The notes under the pieces were generated by a model, which saw only the letters and a program-made list of their open reading frames with translations, did no database searches and was not told the DNA's origin. The translations under genes and the position numbers were made by a program. A stretch of DNA of 63,117 nt, the filler included, from Conidiobolus incongruus B7586 (Eukaryota): the NCBI GenBank assembly GCA_000697335.1. It is 9 parts of 9 records of this genome, joined end to end, with 100 filler letters (N's around TTAATTAATTAA, not from the genome) between each part and the next. Parts side by side here need not be neighbours in the genome. Positions count along the whole stretch, not along the records: positions 36,151 to 45,094 come from JNEM01006411.1; positions 45,195 to 54,099 come from JNEM01006412.1; 7 more parts are not named here. One strand, written 5' to 3'. Of this stretch, positions 39,490 through 54,199 are shown in pieces (positions within the stretch are counted from its first letter, which is position 1; every line of letters starts with the position of its first letter).

Positions 39490-42400
39490 ATTGATAAATT
39501 ATTATATTAACAATAACAAAGATGGATTAAATTAAATAGATATGAAAATAAATTAAATAAGTCTAATGAAGATTTGACTAGTGGTAAATAATAAGGGACT
39601 CTGAATAATTTGAGAAAAATATAACAATAGTTGCAACAACTACCACCAATCAAATGATCCTTTATAAGATTATATTAGGTAGGAGAGATAAAAAAGTAGT
39701 ATGAGGATAATTAAATTAAGATTCTAAGTCTATAATGAAGACTTGATTTTGAAGACTCGGTTGGTTTATATTCTCGCCAGTCAAGATGAAAATTTCAACT
39801 TGGCACAGTCTGTTTGATAGAGGATCAAACGGTTTTTAAGCGCTTTCAATCACTTGGTCGAATGAGTTCCAATTAGCATTATTTATAATTATGGCAGAGT
39901 TGATGACATGAATGGACAAACTAATATCATTCCCATTCAATAAATTTAATTGGCCAACTCTTACATTTGGGAAATGGGTATTGTTTTTTTCATAAATATT
40001 TATGCGGTGAATCCTCAACATTTAAGTTTTTACTCTTTAAATTTTATGCATCAACCCAAATTTTTAACTCAAAAAAAATTTGTTAAATCAAGTTTTAACT
40101 TTGAAATCAAGACTTAACCTGTTATAGTAATATATTATCATTATGAAAAAAGCTCTTAAAATGAGTTGTTTTTTGCACATTACTTTCATTCAATTTTATA
40201 GTAATTTAAGTATAACTTCACTTCTGAAAATCACGATATTGTGGTCAAAAGTCAAAGAAATATGCTACAATGAGAAATTAATTCAATAATAATAGATAAA
40301 TTAGGCATTTATTAACAATATTTGTGGACTAATTAACAGAAATTTAAAAAATATATTTATTATTAAATAATTGAATTGATAAAAGCAAAATAAATCAAGT
40401 TTCACAAATGGATTTAATAATATTTTTATTAATATTGATTTCAAATTGATGAAAATTAAAATTTAAAATTTAATTTAATTGAACTAAAATTTAGCAAAAT
40501 TAATCTTTCAAAAAAATTTATAATGATTAGTACTTTAATAAATTTTAAATAATAATATTAATTTTTAAATTTAATATTATACCTTTGATAATCTTATTTG
40601 TTAATATGTTTCCATAAAAGAATATAGCTATATTTGGAAACTGCAACAGCATGTTAATTACTTATCAATATAATCTTTAATTAACTAATTAATTTTTGTT
40701 GAATATGAATTTATTAATTTGGTACAATCATATTTTTGAATATTAATAATATATTTTATTAATTTTTTTAGCATTTATTTTGTTAAAATTATTAATATAT
40801 GTATTTTAAGAGATTGTGATTGGATGATATATTGGCTTAATTACTTTAAAGGTACTCTTATGCTTAATATTTTTGTATTAATTCTAATTTTCAATTTGAT
40901 TGGATGAATTGCAAATTTAATTGATAAAAATAAACCAAACAAGTTATCTAAATTTTAATTAAACCAAATAATAATATCAAATAAGGGCTCAAAATTATAT
41001 AATAATGAACATATAACTGATGGATAAACACTTAAAGTTGGAAGCTATTTTTTATACGAAAGAAATAAACTTAAATATAAAAAGTGTATAATATGATTGT
41101 CCGATGTTTAGTGACTCGTTAAAGTTTGATGTAATGCCACGTTAATGTAATATATATTATATTCCTCAATTCTGAAAAGTAATTAAAATCAGGTGATATA
41201 TGAATCAATGCCTCAATGTTTATCACGACTTCGGAAACATCATCGATTATTAATATTTTATTAAACATATAGCATTTTCATTATTGGCATTAGATACTTG
41301 ATGATACCTCAAAATAGTATTGATAACAAGTTAAAAGAGAATTTTTCATTAATGTTATTATTAAAGTAAATAAAGAGGGTCTTTGGCAAAAATATTGAAT
41401 TGATTACAAGTAAACAACCAATAATAGTAGTTGATCAAGGTGGATAGTGTGACCACAACTAAGTCACTTTGTATAATCAATCGATTTTATAATTTGTACT
41501 TTAAAAAAGAGATAATTGAGAAAAATGTATAATTTATCATTGATTTCCAAGCAAGCTATTTTTAATCACTTTACAAAGATGGGAATTGGTAAATAAACTG
41601 TCTTGGAGCTAAAGTACCTCAAAAATACTGAATTAAATAATCTAACTTTGATTATTTAATCAATTATAGGTTATTTATTTAACCGTTTTAACTGATATTG
41701 GTACTAATTAGTCAAATTAACTATATAAAAGATTTAGTTTTAATATTTTAGGCATTGATTATTGAAAGATTGGTAAATATGTAGCAGTTCAATCAACTCA
41801 ATTAAAATACTACATAGTTAATTTTTAATATATTTTTTGGTGGTTCTAATAACATTTTTGTTTTTTAACAATATCTTAAAATGAGAAAACTGCTGGTATT
41901 ATCTATGACTGATAAATTGGAAATTACGATTGCATACGATCAATTTTAAGTCGGTTATTTTCTTTTTGTCCTTTTTAATAAGTGAGATTAATATAAAAAG
42001 TACTCTTACAAAACCATCCAAAATGTTAAATGAATCAATGATAGATTTCATGATTTAATATCGTGTTATTATTTTAAATTATTTGTAATTTCATCTTTAA
42101 CTGAAACAATTTTCGTGAATGCTTTTCTATGCATTTTGTAAATTGAAAAGAATTTGGTTTGCATAAAACAAGCAATCAAGTTGGCATATTTGGCATGGTT
42201 TTAAATCAATATAAATGAAAACAATATGTTACTGGTAAGATCAAAGTCAAATAAAATAATAAATTAACTAACTATATTCATAATGAATTACTCTCCTTAA
42301 ATTTCTTACATTAGTCTAATACTTGGGTAGAATCAATATTCAATATTTTGTTAAAATTGACGAAAATGAACCATATTTTAAATACTAATCATTTGAACTG

Positions 42401-45094
42401 ATAATTCGAAAATCATAGGAATATTCAAATTATTAGGGTAAAGATTGTCCATACACAATTAAGTTTATATTAAATTATTGAGTTAGACATAATATTTATA
42501 GGACTGGTTTGATTTCCATATTAAAAGAACTGAGTATGGATTTCGGATTAATATTGTTGTAGTTGATTAAATTTTCATATTATTTTCAACATAATTTAAA
42601 AAATAATAAGAAATTATATTCTATATTTGTCGATTGATTAGGTTCTCAATAGAAATTTTATATTTGATCAAGGGATATTATTAATCGATAATTATCTAAT
42701 AATTTTCTATTCATATTTTACTTGTGTTCCAATTATATGTAATATAAAAGTGATTTTAGAGACAGTATATTATAAGTAGAACAATTAGGATATCTATAGA
42801 TAAAATAGTTTAAGAATCATATATTTTTCATCAAATTTAAATCAATTTACAACTTAATAAAGACCCCTAAGCACTATGATATTATAATTTCAAGCTCATC
42901 AAATTCTCTAATCCACTTAGACACCATCAAAACAAATACCAGCAATAGAAATAAATATTTAATTATGATTAAATATAAGTATTTCAAATTTACATTCTAT
43001 TTTAGCTTATAATTATTAAAATTTCAAAAAGTTTTTAAAAATTTCTTTTTTAATTATAAATAATCAACCGATTAATTCCGAAATATTGTTTAACATTAGG
43101 ACGAAAAAATGTAAAATTTCAATGAATAGGACATTGATTTGATAATGGAAATTTATTCTTTGGTATTTTGAGTACTATTCTATTTACCACAATTTTTTCA
43201 TTCATTATTATCAGCCACATTATTTATCTTTTATTAATTCTAACCATCGTTGATATTTCAATTAAGTTGGAATTGCTTAATTTAACAACGCTATGTAATG
43301 TAGCCTTTAACTATACGATGTAGTCTCTTCGTAATATTTCACGTGGATTTATAAAACAATATTAAAAATATTTAATATTGCATCTGGAAGTTTATTACTT
43401 TTGAATAATTATTGAGCATGCCTTTGTAATAATTGTATGAACCAATATTGAAAAAATCTCAATAATATCTGTTGTATCAATATGATTTTTTTTTCATTTC
43501 AAATATAAAAAATATTTGTATTTCAAAATGTTAATGATAATTTACAAATATCAACTCAATTCCATCTATAACTTACAATTTTGATTGGCTAAAATGTATA
43601 AAAACAGTAGTTTTAATCATGTTTTTTACAACATCTTAAAATTCCATCAAAATTGTAAATCTCACATGTTTTTTAAAAAATTTTTGTTTAATTTTCACTC
43701 TGAACAAAAACTGTAATTTTTAAAAATATTTTCAACATTTCAATTGATTAAACGGGAATTATGTATACCAAGGTGTTGGAATAAAATTTCTTAATTCATC
43801 ATAAATTGTAAATACTATCAATGTTTATTTATGTTAATCCATCTAGCCTCCAATTTTAAAATTACGTATCCATTGAATTAACTGATTTTTGATATTCTCA
43901 TAGTACAAGTATCCTATAGAGATATCACTGTGTGATTATTGTTAATTATAATTAATATTGATATTGATATTTTTTGTATATTTTATCATATATTTGTTAT
44001 GGTTTACAGTGCTTGAAACTAATTGTGATCCTAATATATTTACAATTTTTCTTCTTATTTAGTCAACAGATTAGATTTTATGAATATTTTGATATAACTA
44101 ATAAAAGTTCTAAGATTCCTCCATTCTATTTAAATATTCTTTGAAAACCTTATTATTATAATAAATACACTGATGCTAATGAATTACTCATTAATCCTTT
44201 TATTCTGATCTTGGCTAATATTAATTTAATTATTTTCTGAGTATTAAGTTCATCTCTCAAAATTAGTTACTAGGATTTGAATATAAAAGGATGGCTACTT
44301 ATATAATCTGTTTTAATGTCATCAATTTCGTTTTGTGATCTTTATTCTTTTATATTTTATTATAATTCCATATATGCATCACAATAACAATTAACATAAA
44401 GTATTTAAGAATTAGAAACTTTTACTTTTTTATAAGGTATATTTAAACTAAAAAATAATGAGGGTTTAGTTGAGCAAAATTAATTCAACCTCACTATAAC
44501 CATATTTTCTATAATGTTTTTATCTTTGTAATATTTTTATATTGGTGAATTAATAAAAGTGTTAGTTATATTTTTATATATGATATTTTTTAAAAATATC
44601 TAATATTTTATATTCCATATTTTATTCTAATTACAAATTATTAATATATAAAACTGAATTCAATATAAAATATTTAAATTATTAAAATTTTTTATAATAT
44701 TATCTTAAATTTAAAATAAATGGAAAATATTTTTATTTTTGATTTTTCTAACATATTATTTATTGCAAATAATAAAAATAAATACAAAATAAATCAGGAT
44801 AAGTATAGTTTTAAATTATAAATATATATAATATATTTTTGATTAGAATAATATATATCTTAAAATTAATTGTTAAATTTAATTATAATTAAATAATAAT
44901 TATCAAAATTTTTTATTAAATTATTAATAAAACTTAACCATAAAATTTTAAAAATATTTGAAATTTAAAAGCAATTCTTGACAACTAAGTATTATCTAAA
45001 TTAATCATTTATCATTATATTAATCAATTTATAATTAAAAAAATATTATTAAAAACTTGTTAAAATTTCAAAGATTAATATTAATAATAATTTT

Positions 45095-45194
45095 NNNNNN
45101 NNNNNNNNNNNNNNNNNNNNNNNNNNNNNNNNNNNNNNTTAATTAATTAANNNNNNNNNNNNNNNNNNNNNNNNNNNNNNNNNNNNNNNNNNNN
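45095..45194. other. Assembly linker
   Basis: 44 N + TTAATTAATTAA + 44 N. Confidence 0.97.
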
Positions 45195-45229
45195 AATATT
45201 AAAATTATTATTCAAAATTAATATAATAT

Positions 45230-45261
<32 letters not shown>

Positions 45262-47395
45262 TATATCAAAATTCTATTTATAAGTTAAAATAATAAAATT
45301 TTATAAAATTTCAATTTAGATTTGATTATAATAAAAAAAGCTAATATATATAATAAAAAATAATTTCCAAGTATAATATTAATGATATTACAGTACTTTG
45401 ATATTTTATAAGACAAATGAGTGCTTTTTAATATCTTTTTGATTTTTTGATTTTTTGGAAAAATTATAATAGAAATTGATTTTCCAATTCTTGACAAATA
45501 ACCTTACAATTATAACCTTAGTGATCAAATAAGAGTTTTGAATGGTACATAATGTTTATAAGCTATTTGTAAATTTTAAAGACTTTTAAAGGGTTTTTGG
45601 TTGAATTTTGATAATTATAGCATGGTTAATATATGATTGAATAAGATATTATATTAATACAAATCAAGTTATATATTGTTCAACAATAAAATTATATTAG
45701 TTTATAAGAAAGAAATTTCAAAGCCTTTTAATATGTTTGAATAATTAAAAGTCAAAAATTTTCATTATTTGATATTAAAATAATAATAAAAATTTGATTA
45801 CCACTTAATTAATATATAATGTTTTATTATTAATAATCAAAATAGTAAAATTTCAAACAAATGTAAAAATTTTTGGATCAAATTTAGTTAAGCAATGAAA
45901 TTGATTAATGAATTATGAATATTTTATAGATCCAATATATATAATATTGATAAGTAAATATACAGAAAAATTTGAACTCTGATACTTTATTCGTTTTCAA
46001 TATTTAAATTAATGAAACTTGCTGAATATTTGAGAAGTATAGCTAAATTTTTAACATTAAATATATATCATAAATTATAAAAGTGATTTTTTTCTACTAT
46101 TGAGCAAAAATGTAATGAGGAAATTTATTTAAACTAATTCATGTATTGAATTATTTTATTATTTTATTATATATAGAATTAATAGTTATAAATAAGCATG
46201 TTAAATTCATAAGGTATTAAAAATATTTAAACATTTATAAATACTATCAATTGAATAATTTCATATTTTAAGTTTTAAATTTAAGTGTATACAAAGAAAA
46301 ATTCATTACCGAAAGATTAAGATTTGATGTATTTTACTGTTTAATACATAATTTTAATGTTTTAAATATAACAAAGTAAATTTAATAACTTATTCATTTT
46401 TTTATATAATAGTAATGATTATAAAATAATTTCACTAAATTTGTATGTGTTTAGAATCATTAGTACTATTAGTATTATTAATAATCTAAATTTATGAAAA
46501 ATTAAATTTAAAATTATGATTTTGATTCTGATTATATCTAATTGTAGAAAAATGTAATTAAATTACAAATATATTTAAGGTGGCACACTCAATATATTTA
46601 CTAATATATTAATTAAGTAAATATTTTGAGAATTTATATATTTTCGCATAAAATGAACATTCTTAAAAATATTTAACATTCCATTTGATCCATATTATTT
46701 TCGAATGGGAAAATTATTGAATGATTTTTAATTATTTCTTATTAATTAACGCTGCAAGAAAATATAAATTATTGAAATTAACCACCCAGGTAAAATAATC
46801 AACACAAATGTATATTACCACTATGAAACTTAATTGATATTCCTGTATTTCTATTGACATAATGTTAGAAATTTATATTATTATATATAGTATTAATTCA
46901 TTGAAATCAACTTTCAAAAAATTGAAATATTAATTATATGTATATCAAATAATATTGTTTAAAACTTAGGTTAAAAATTACGGTTCATACTATAAGTATA
47001 CATACATAAAATTTTCGCTATTTTTAAAATTCATGTTTCTCATCAATATATTAAATGTTTAAAATAAATAAATAAATATATATATATATATATAACAGAT
47101 TTACAAAGTACACAGATATATACAACAAATGTTCAGTATAACAATTAACAAATATACAATTATCAATAATCTATCACTCTTTTTATCAGTTGTATCTGAT
47201 TAGGAATTATAGATAATAAATAAATATAATCAATATTATTGCCATATAATGTTTTTTTGATTTATTGATTCTACAAAGATTAAATTGAATCTAGAAATTG
47301 ATTTTTTATCACTTCAAAACATAATCAATTCCTTTTTCAAATTTGACATATTTTACGTTATATATATATATTGAAATTTTCATATTTTTTTAAAT

Positions 47396-47396
47396 A

Positions 47397-47447
<51 letters not shown>
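47396..47447. repeat. Perfect 52-bp palindrome formed by (AAT)n abutting (ATT)n
   Basis: Centre at 47421/47422 with no spacer. Confidence 0.9.
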
Positions 47448-47451
<4 letters not shown>

Positions 47452-48776
47452 TTTAACCCCCTAATTCAAAAAAAAATTTTAAAAAAAATTCATAATTTAT
47501 ATTATTGGTTAATTTATTTATCAACACCCCTCCACTCCCTCAATAAAATTTAATTTTAAAATTATATATTTAAATATATATATAAAATAATAATTTAAAA
47601 TCCTCCCTTTAAACAAAATATGATCAACTTAAAAAAAAGATGTCATGATAACTAAAATTATTTCACATTTTACAATTTAAATCCAAATAAAACTCTATCA
47701 AATAAGTTTACTAAATATTGACTTCATTGAGAGTAGGGGGAGGAGAATAAATATGGAGTTTGAATTAATAATAATTTATTTCAAGTATAAAAAGAAGTGG
47801 ATTTTCCATATTCACTCTAGGATTAATTCTCTAACCTATATTTTGTTTACTATATATTTATATACATATTTCAATGTCATTTCTAAGTCTGATATTATTT
47901 AAAATATATTGGGAAGTAATGATTGAGGAGAATATCTTACTATTATTTATTAATACTTTAATTAATAAATTGTGAATTGTTGAATATTCAATGAATTTAA
48001 ATTACTTGTATTTTTACATTTAAATCAATTTAATACTATATGTATGATGTCAATTAATATCCATTACTTAGTTTATTCATTATTTGATCAATATTAATGT
48101 AGTTAAATGAAGGATAAAATTCTTATCCATCTAGCATTTGGTCGTCATTAAACCAATCATATTTGCTTAATATCATATTAATTTCCTCCAACCATCCTTT
48201 TAATATTCAATTTTATTCAAAAACCATATTGAAAACTTTAAGAAACATATATTATAAGAGAATTTTTGAGGGTGATAATTGAATAATTTTGAATAAAAGA
48301 ACAAAATTCGAATTTAATAATATATCATGAGTTGGACTTATAAAATTTGGTTAAACTTTGTTTTAAGATAAATTTGATAATTAAATGAACAAGTTTAGAG
48401 TTTAGTAAAAATAACAAGAGAGAAAACAGTTTTCATCAAAAGTTTATTACAAAAAAGAACAAATCAATTAACATAAAAAAATACAAAGAAAAAATTCAAA
48501 AGGTTATTTGTATATTTGGCAATACACAATTGAGAGTGAAGCGTTAAAATTTGAAAAAAGTGAATTCGAATTGAAATATATTTACATAGCAATCTAAGGA
48601 AATTGGGGTTCAAGTTGAGGTGGCTTGAATGCTTCGTCATTGTGGAGAGCTAATATTACTAAATGACGAAAATAAGAATCGACCTGTTTAGACAGTGAGG
48701 GGCAAATATATATGATAGTTATAAAAATAACATAAATAAAGACCATGAATAAATTGAGGATGAAAAGGCCAAGACA

Positions 48777-50010
48777 TTAGGCGTTACTTCCAATATTTTG
48801 TTCAACCTGAGCCTGCTGCAAAAATTCTCTGCCGCCTTCAGTCATTTCAATATACTGAATGAATTTGTTGAGCTGGCTTTTCAAGGTTTCGCGCTCTTGT
48901 TCCAGATTAGAGATATGCTGAGTAGCCTTTCGTAGGATATTGGCCTTATTGAGCTTTATAGGGGGAGCACCCTTGGGTGGAGCAGTTTTCGGATTCAATT
49001 CAGGTACAGCCAATCGGAGTTGAGTGAGCGCTTGATTAATTGTAGTTCTGTATTTCTTTTCAATAATACTGTGTGCTTTCTTTTGTCGAAGAGGAGGGTG
49101 GTTGGGAGTAGGCGTGGTTGAGGTTGGACTGGATGAGTGAGTAGTATTTGATTCGGTATTTACAGGTGAATTGGTAGAAATCTTTGGGGTTCTCCTAGAA
49201 CGGGGATTGGAATCGGAAGGTTTGGTGTTACGCAATCGGTTGATAGGAAGCTTTATTTGTCCATCAGCTTCGACTACCGGTGGTGCAAATACAGAGGATG
49301 ATGCACAAGATTTAGTACCATTCATAGTAGGAGATGATTGTTCTAGTTTGATGATGGAATCAGGGACTGGTTCATTGGATAGGGAAGTTTGATTATCAGC
49401 AACAGAATCTACAAAATAAAAAAATAGAATTAGATCTCTGATCATATTAAATAAATGATGATAAATGTTGACTATGAGAGTTGAAAATTGGCAGAATATG
49501 GCTAACTTTAAATCATAAATGATACGGAATCAATGATGTAGTACTTGTCAATTTGAAATGCAATATAGAAACCAAGTAAATAAAAAAATTGTCAATCAAG
49601 CTATTGGATATTCAAAGCATTTCAAATTTGAGCAAAATCAAATAACTTGAGCCGTATATAGTATGATTAAGCTATCAAAATTGTTGAAATAAGAAAAAAT
49701 GATTACCTAAGCTGCTTAGCGACGAAGATGGAACGCCTTGGTATTGTTGGCTAGGTGAAGGATCCCATACCATTAAGTCATTCCAAACGACAGAATGATC
49801 TTCAGAATGATGCTGATGAACAGGAATAGGAATTGACATGGGAACAGGATATGAATGGGAAAATTGTTGCCAACCAGGAACTTGAACTACGCCCCTGTTG
49901 GGAATGGATATCATAGACGGATGGTGGACATAGCTGTATCCTTGGGCGAATTCGCCGCTTGTAGAAGTTATGCTATGGTCGAGTGATAGAAAGTTATCAG
50001 GATGATGCAT
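48777..50010 (-). CDS. SREBP-type bHLH-zip transcription factor (2 exons, ~311 aa)
   Basis: Exon 1 50010-49707 (G|GTAATC) and exon 2 49408-48777 (TTTGTAG|AT) join in frame. KKAHSIIEKKYRTTIN has the SREBP Tyr; KLNKANILRKATQHISNLE helix 2 plus zipper. Confidence 0.92.
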
Positions 50011-50367
50011 TTTATTGATAATTGAGTTCGTTAAAAGGAAGGAAGAGTAGCTGAAAAGTATGTAATAATTGTCTTTTTTACTAAGACAAGGGTGAGAATA
50101 TTAACTAAAATTCAATAATATTATCAAGTGAAAAAATCAACAAGAATAATTTAGCAAAGCAAAGGAAAATGATGACAAGGCGAGTTTAAAGAAATTGAAA
50201 TACAACGATTAACTAATTGAATGAAGACAATAATTGAAGGAGAAACGAGGGGGAAAGTAAAATCAAAAAGAAGAAATAATAATTTTCAAACTCTTCCATT
50301 CTATTTAAATAGAATTCTGAAATTAATTTTTTTGCTTATAAAATTCGATAAAATATTTCTAAAAGGT

Positions 50368-50822
50368 GATTGGCCCAAGGTAGTGAACAATGAGGTAAGA
50401 ATATGATTTAATGGGCAGGTTGATTGGATTAACCAAACTCTGTCATTCCCCCTTAGATCTTAGTTGGGTCTATTTCTATTGGCTAAACTTTTAAATACTA
50501 TTTTACATTTATGCAAATTTACGTTTTGGTTATAGCATTTATCGTTTGAATATTACCAAAATTAGGAATCTCCCCTTGTGGGGGGTCTTTAAGCCAATGA
50601 TCCTGCGCTATTTTGGGAACAAATTCTGATTTACCTTATCATCTGACTTTGTAAATCCTAATTTGGAATGGTTCTCCCCTATCCACTGAATTAAGCCATA
50701 TCTGGAAATAGTCAAACTTAATCTGTCATAATTTGAATTTTTAATTGAGCCAAATGATGCCGAAATTACAGGGAGAGGACACAAATTGATCCCAACTCTC
50801 ACACACTTGTGTATGATTGGTG
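50368..50822 (-). promoter_or_regulatory. CCAAT-box-rich upstream region of the bHLH gene
   Basis: ATTGG/CCAAT at ~50369, 50423, 50478, 50594 and 50816, in a GC-elevated patch. Confidence 0.45.
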
Positions 50823-53283
50823 ATTTCGAAAACCTGTATAATTATTTATAGTTAAATAAGGATGTAGAAGAAAAGAATATAAAGGGAGATTGAATGAATT
50901 TCAGGGTTAAGGGAGAAGGAAGCTTTATTAAACTGAAATAAAACTGATTCATAAATAGAGGGTAAACAATTGTTTTCTTAAAAGAAGTGAATTATACTAT
51001 AATTAGCAATTCTTGCACTTCAATGATTCTTTTTCCAAGTATTATTTCGTAAAATGTAATTTTTGATAACATCAATTTTTTGTAATTTATAAATTTAAAT
51101 GGTTGATTCAGTATAAGATTGTGAATTATACAGCCAAAGTGTTAATAAATACTGTGAGAATTGAATACAGCAGTACATTTCTAAACATGAAAATTTCCAC
51201 TATAAAAATCTATTAAAACTTATCCATTGTATATCAATATCACAAGGTTATCAATTAATATCCTTTTCGAATTAATGGGCAAATTAAAACTATTTATCAA
51301 TGGTTGTAATACTTTGCTTTTATATTATTGGATCACAAAAACTATTGTTTAAAGTATGACTCGGGTAATAATGATTATCAAAATTGATTTTTGAAATACT
51401 CATTATATATATATTCAAGTATACTATTTAATTTATATCTGATATATAAGTCATTCATTATCATAATTTTTAACCAATTTATATTATACTATCTACTAAC
51501 ATTTGAGATTACATCCTATATAGCCGAATTTTATTTGTAAGATTAATTATTTTGAAATTATTGTTAGTGTGAATTCAATTGCCTATGATTTCATTTTTAA
51601 AAATTTTTTATCACAATAAATTAACTAGGTTTAAAATTAATTAAAAGTAGATATATTTCATATAAAATTATATTATTAAAAGTTAAAGATATCATATTAA
51701 AAATATATACATACTCATAGTTGAAGGTTTTATTTTAATCATCTAACTTCACAATAAGCTATTCACCCTTTTTCAATTATTGTGAAAATTTTCAAGTAAT
51801 TTTAAACTCAACTCTTAATTTTCCATTTATAGAAAATTTTCGAAAATGATATGTTAAATATACTGAACAGATGACTTTTAATCCATTTAGCAAAAAAATC
51901 TATTTTAATCTCAGAATTTTCCATAAAGATAAACTGAGTATTTATAATATAGTCAAGATAGCCTTCAAATAACTTCAATCCATAAAATAAAACTAACATT
52001 TTGATTGCAAAATTTATATCCAGTCGTTATTCATATAACAATACCTGACCGCAGTAATTACTAAGCTTAATGAAATAATAGCTTATCTTTGGAGATAAGG
52101 GATAAGAGATAAATTATTGGAATATAATGTGAATACTTATCCATTATTAATAATTAAAATTAATTGAGGGTGAAAGATGGTATTTGATAATATCATGAAT
52201 TATATCAAATAACCAATGTAGAATAAAATTCAATTATTACTATAGATATTTTGTAATTTTTTATACTGTTATATTATATCACTTCAACATTATCAATTGA
52301 AAATTAATATCAATCATATTTATTTCATATAATTCAATACTATTGATTATATTATCGATTTATTAAGTGAAAATAAATATAAGTGTTAAATTAAATCATT
52401 ATCTATATATTATACATACTAAATATCTTGGGTTTACTTATTTCATAATGCATTTGAAAATAGTATTGTGATAAATATTCAATTAATATTCAAAATATAA
52501 AAATGATATTAAAAAATAATCAATTACCATTTTACAGTAGTTGCATCTTATTATTCTTTGGATAACGAATAATATTATTTGTTGTTTGAATAAACATGCT
52601 TCATTTCAATCATCTGGTTCATTATAATTTACATTTCATAAATCTGTACTTTTAAGAGTTTCACAGTTTTAGGTTGATTAATATATCAAGCCCCCGTTAT
52701 AATATGAATTGATGTTATGATGTTTAATGTTAATATATCATGATCTATGATTAAATATATATATTCAAGTTACATCATTTGTATTAAATTAAAATTTAAT
52801 CCAAACTATTAATATTTGAATATAGTTAACCTTGACAATTATTATTTCAATTAATTTTTTTCCAAGAGAAAATCAAATAGTATATTTAATAATGAGAATA
52901 TTTATTATTGAGCTTAATATATATTTAATTTTTATAAACAAACAATAAAGTCCTTTCATATTTTTCCAATACTGTCAACTTGAAATTTTGTCACTACTTA
53001 TATAGCAACTTTATGATAATTATGTTTTTCAAATGCAAAGTATACAACCACAAAGAATTAAAAAGTATTTTGCCATCCAAAATTAAATATAATAGGCTTA
53101 TCATTATCACATTCTAATTATCATAATATTTGGAAATTATTACCATTTAATGAATTTTATTCAAAAATATATAATTTTTAATATGATCAAATTTGTTCAC
53201 ATTAATTATTTATAATATTATTTGATTAATATAGCAATTATCAAATTTGTATCATTCAATCAAATTTGAGTTTATTCAAAATA

Positions 53284-54099
53284 TTACTCTGTATTTTTAA
53301 TAATAGGAATTTTTTGTGATTAAAAATAAATAAATATTTTAATATATAATATATAAAAATAAATATATAATATAGATTTAATAATTTCTTTTATTATTAA
53401 TAACTCTTTGCTATACTTTTGATAAAGATCTAATACTTAAAAAATAGTTCTTTTTATTAAAGACTAAAATTTAATGTTTTACAAACTAATTAAATTTTCC
53501 TGTAGAAATTTTTTTTTCTGTAAGCTGGTTTTTTAATTACCTAAAGTAATTATAGTTATATAAGTTATAGTTTAAAGAATATATTAGATGTGGTAGTTTT
53601 TTCTAGTTATTTTTCATTAGAAAGTTTTTTATAGTTTTAGATTTATGAATTTTATAATTATCATGTAAAATAATAAATTTTCTTAAATTATATTGAAAAC
53701 ACTAATTAAAAATACTTTTATTTAAAAAAACAATATAAAGTTTACTATTAATTAATTTTCCTTCAAAAATTAAATAAAAATAGTATATACTATTATAATT
53801 TATTACAATAATTAATATTCATTTATTAATAAAATGTTTATTTAAAGGGATTTGTAGAGAAGGTTAATTTAACTTAATCTAACATTTTAATTTGTGTTTT
53901 AGTAAAAGATTATATATAAAGATTTAAAATTCATTAATTATAATTATTTGCTATAAAAGTTTAAGCTTCTAGTAATATTTTAATAAGTTTTGTTTAGTAA
54001 TAGTTACTCTAACTTTTTTTTAAGCTTTAATTAAATTATAAGGTATTTATTTTATATTTTTATTTATTAATTTGAGTTTAAATTTTAATATATATAAAA
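53284..54099 (-). mobile_element. mariner copy, 3' ~60%, cut by gap
   Basis: TA + TTACTCTGTATTTTTAATAATAGGAA TIR; colinear with 3728-4545 with many additional C->T/G->A changes. Confidence 0.93.
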
Positions 54100-54199
54100 N
54101 NNNNNNNNNNNNNNNNNNNNNNNNNNNNNNNNNNNNNNNNNNNTTAATTAATTAANNNNNNNNNNNNNNNNNNNNNNNNNNNNNNNNNNNNNNNNNNNN
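54100..54199. other. Assembly linker
   Basis: 44 N + TTAATTAATTAA + 44 N. Confidence 0.97.

Noticed and set aside
47371..47553. Poly-N/poly-I ORF
   Set aside because: Translation of the microsatellite palindrome.
51808..51999. Hydrophobic 63-aa ORF; also ORFs at 17833, 39836, 45285, 50221 and 50608
   Set aside because: No family motifs, mostly non-ATG starts or AT-driven composition. They could be relics but cannot be supported.
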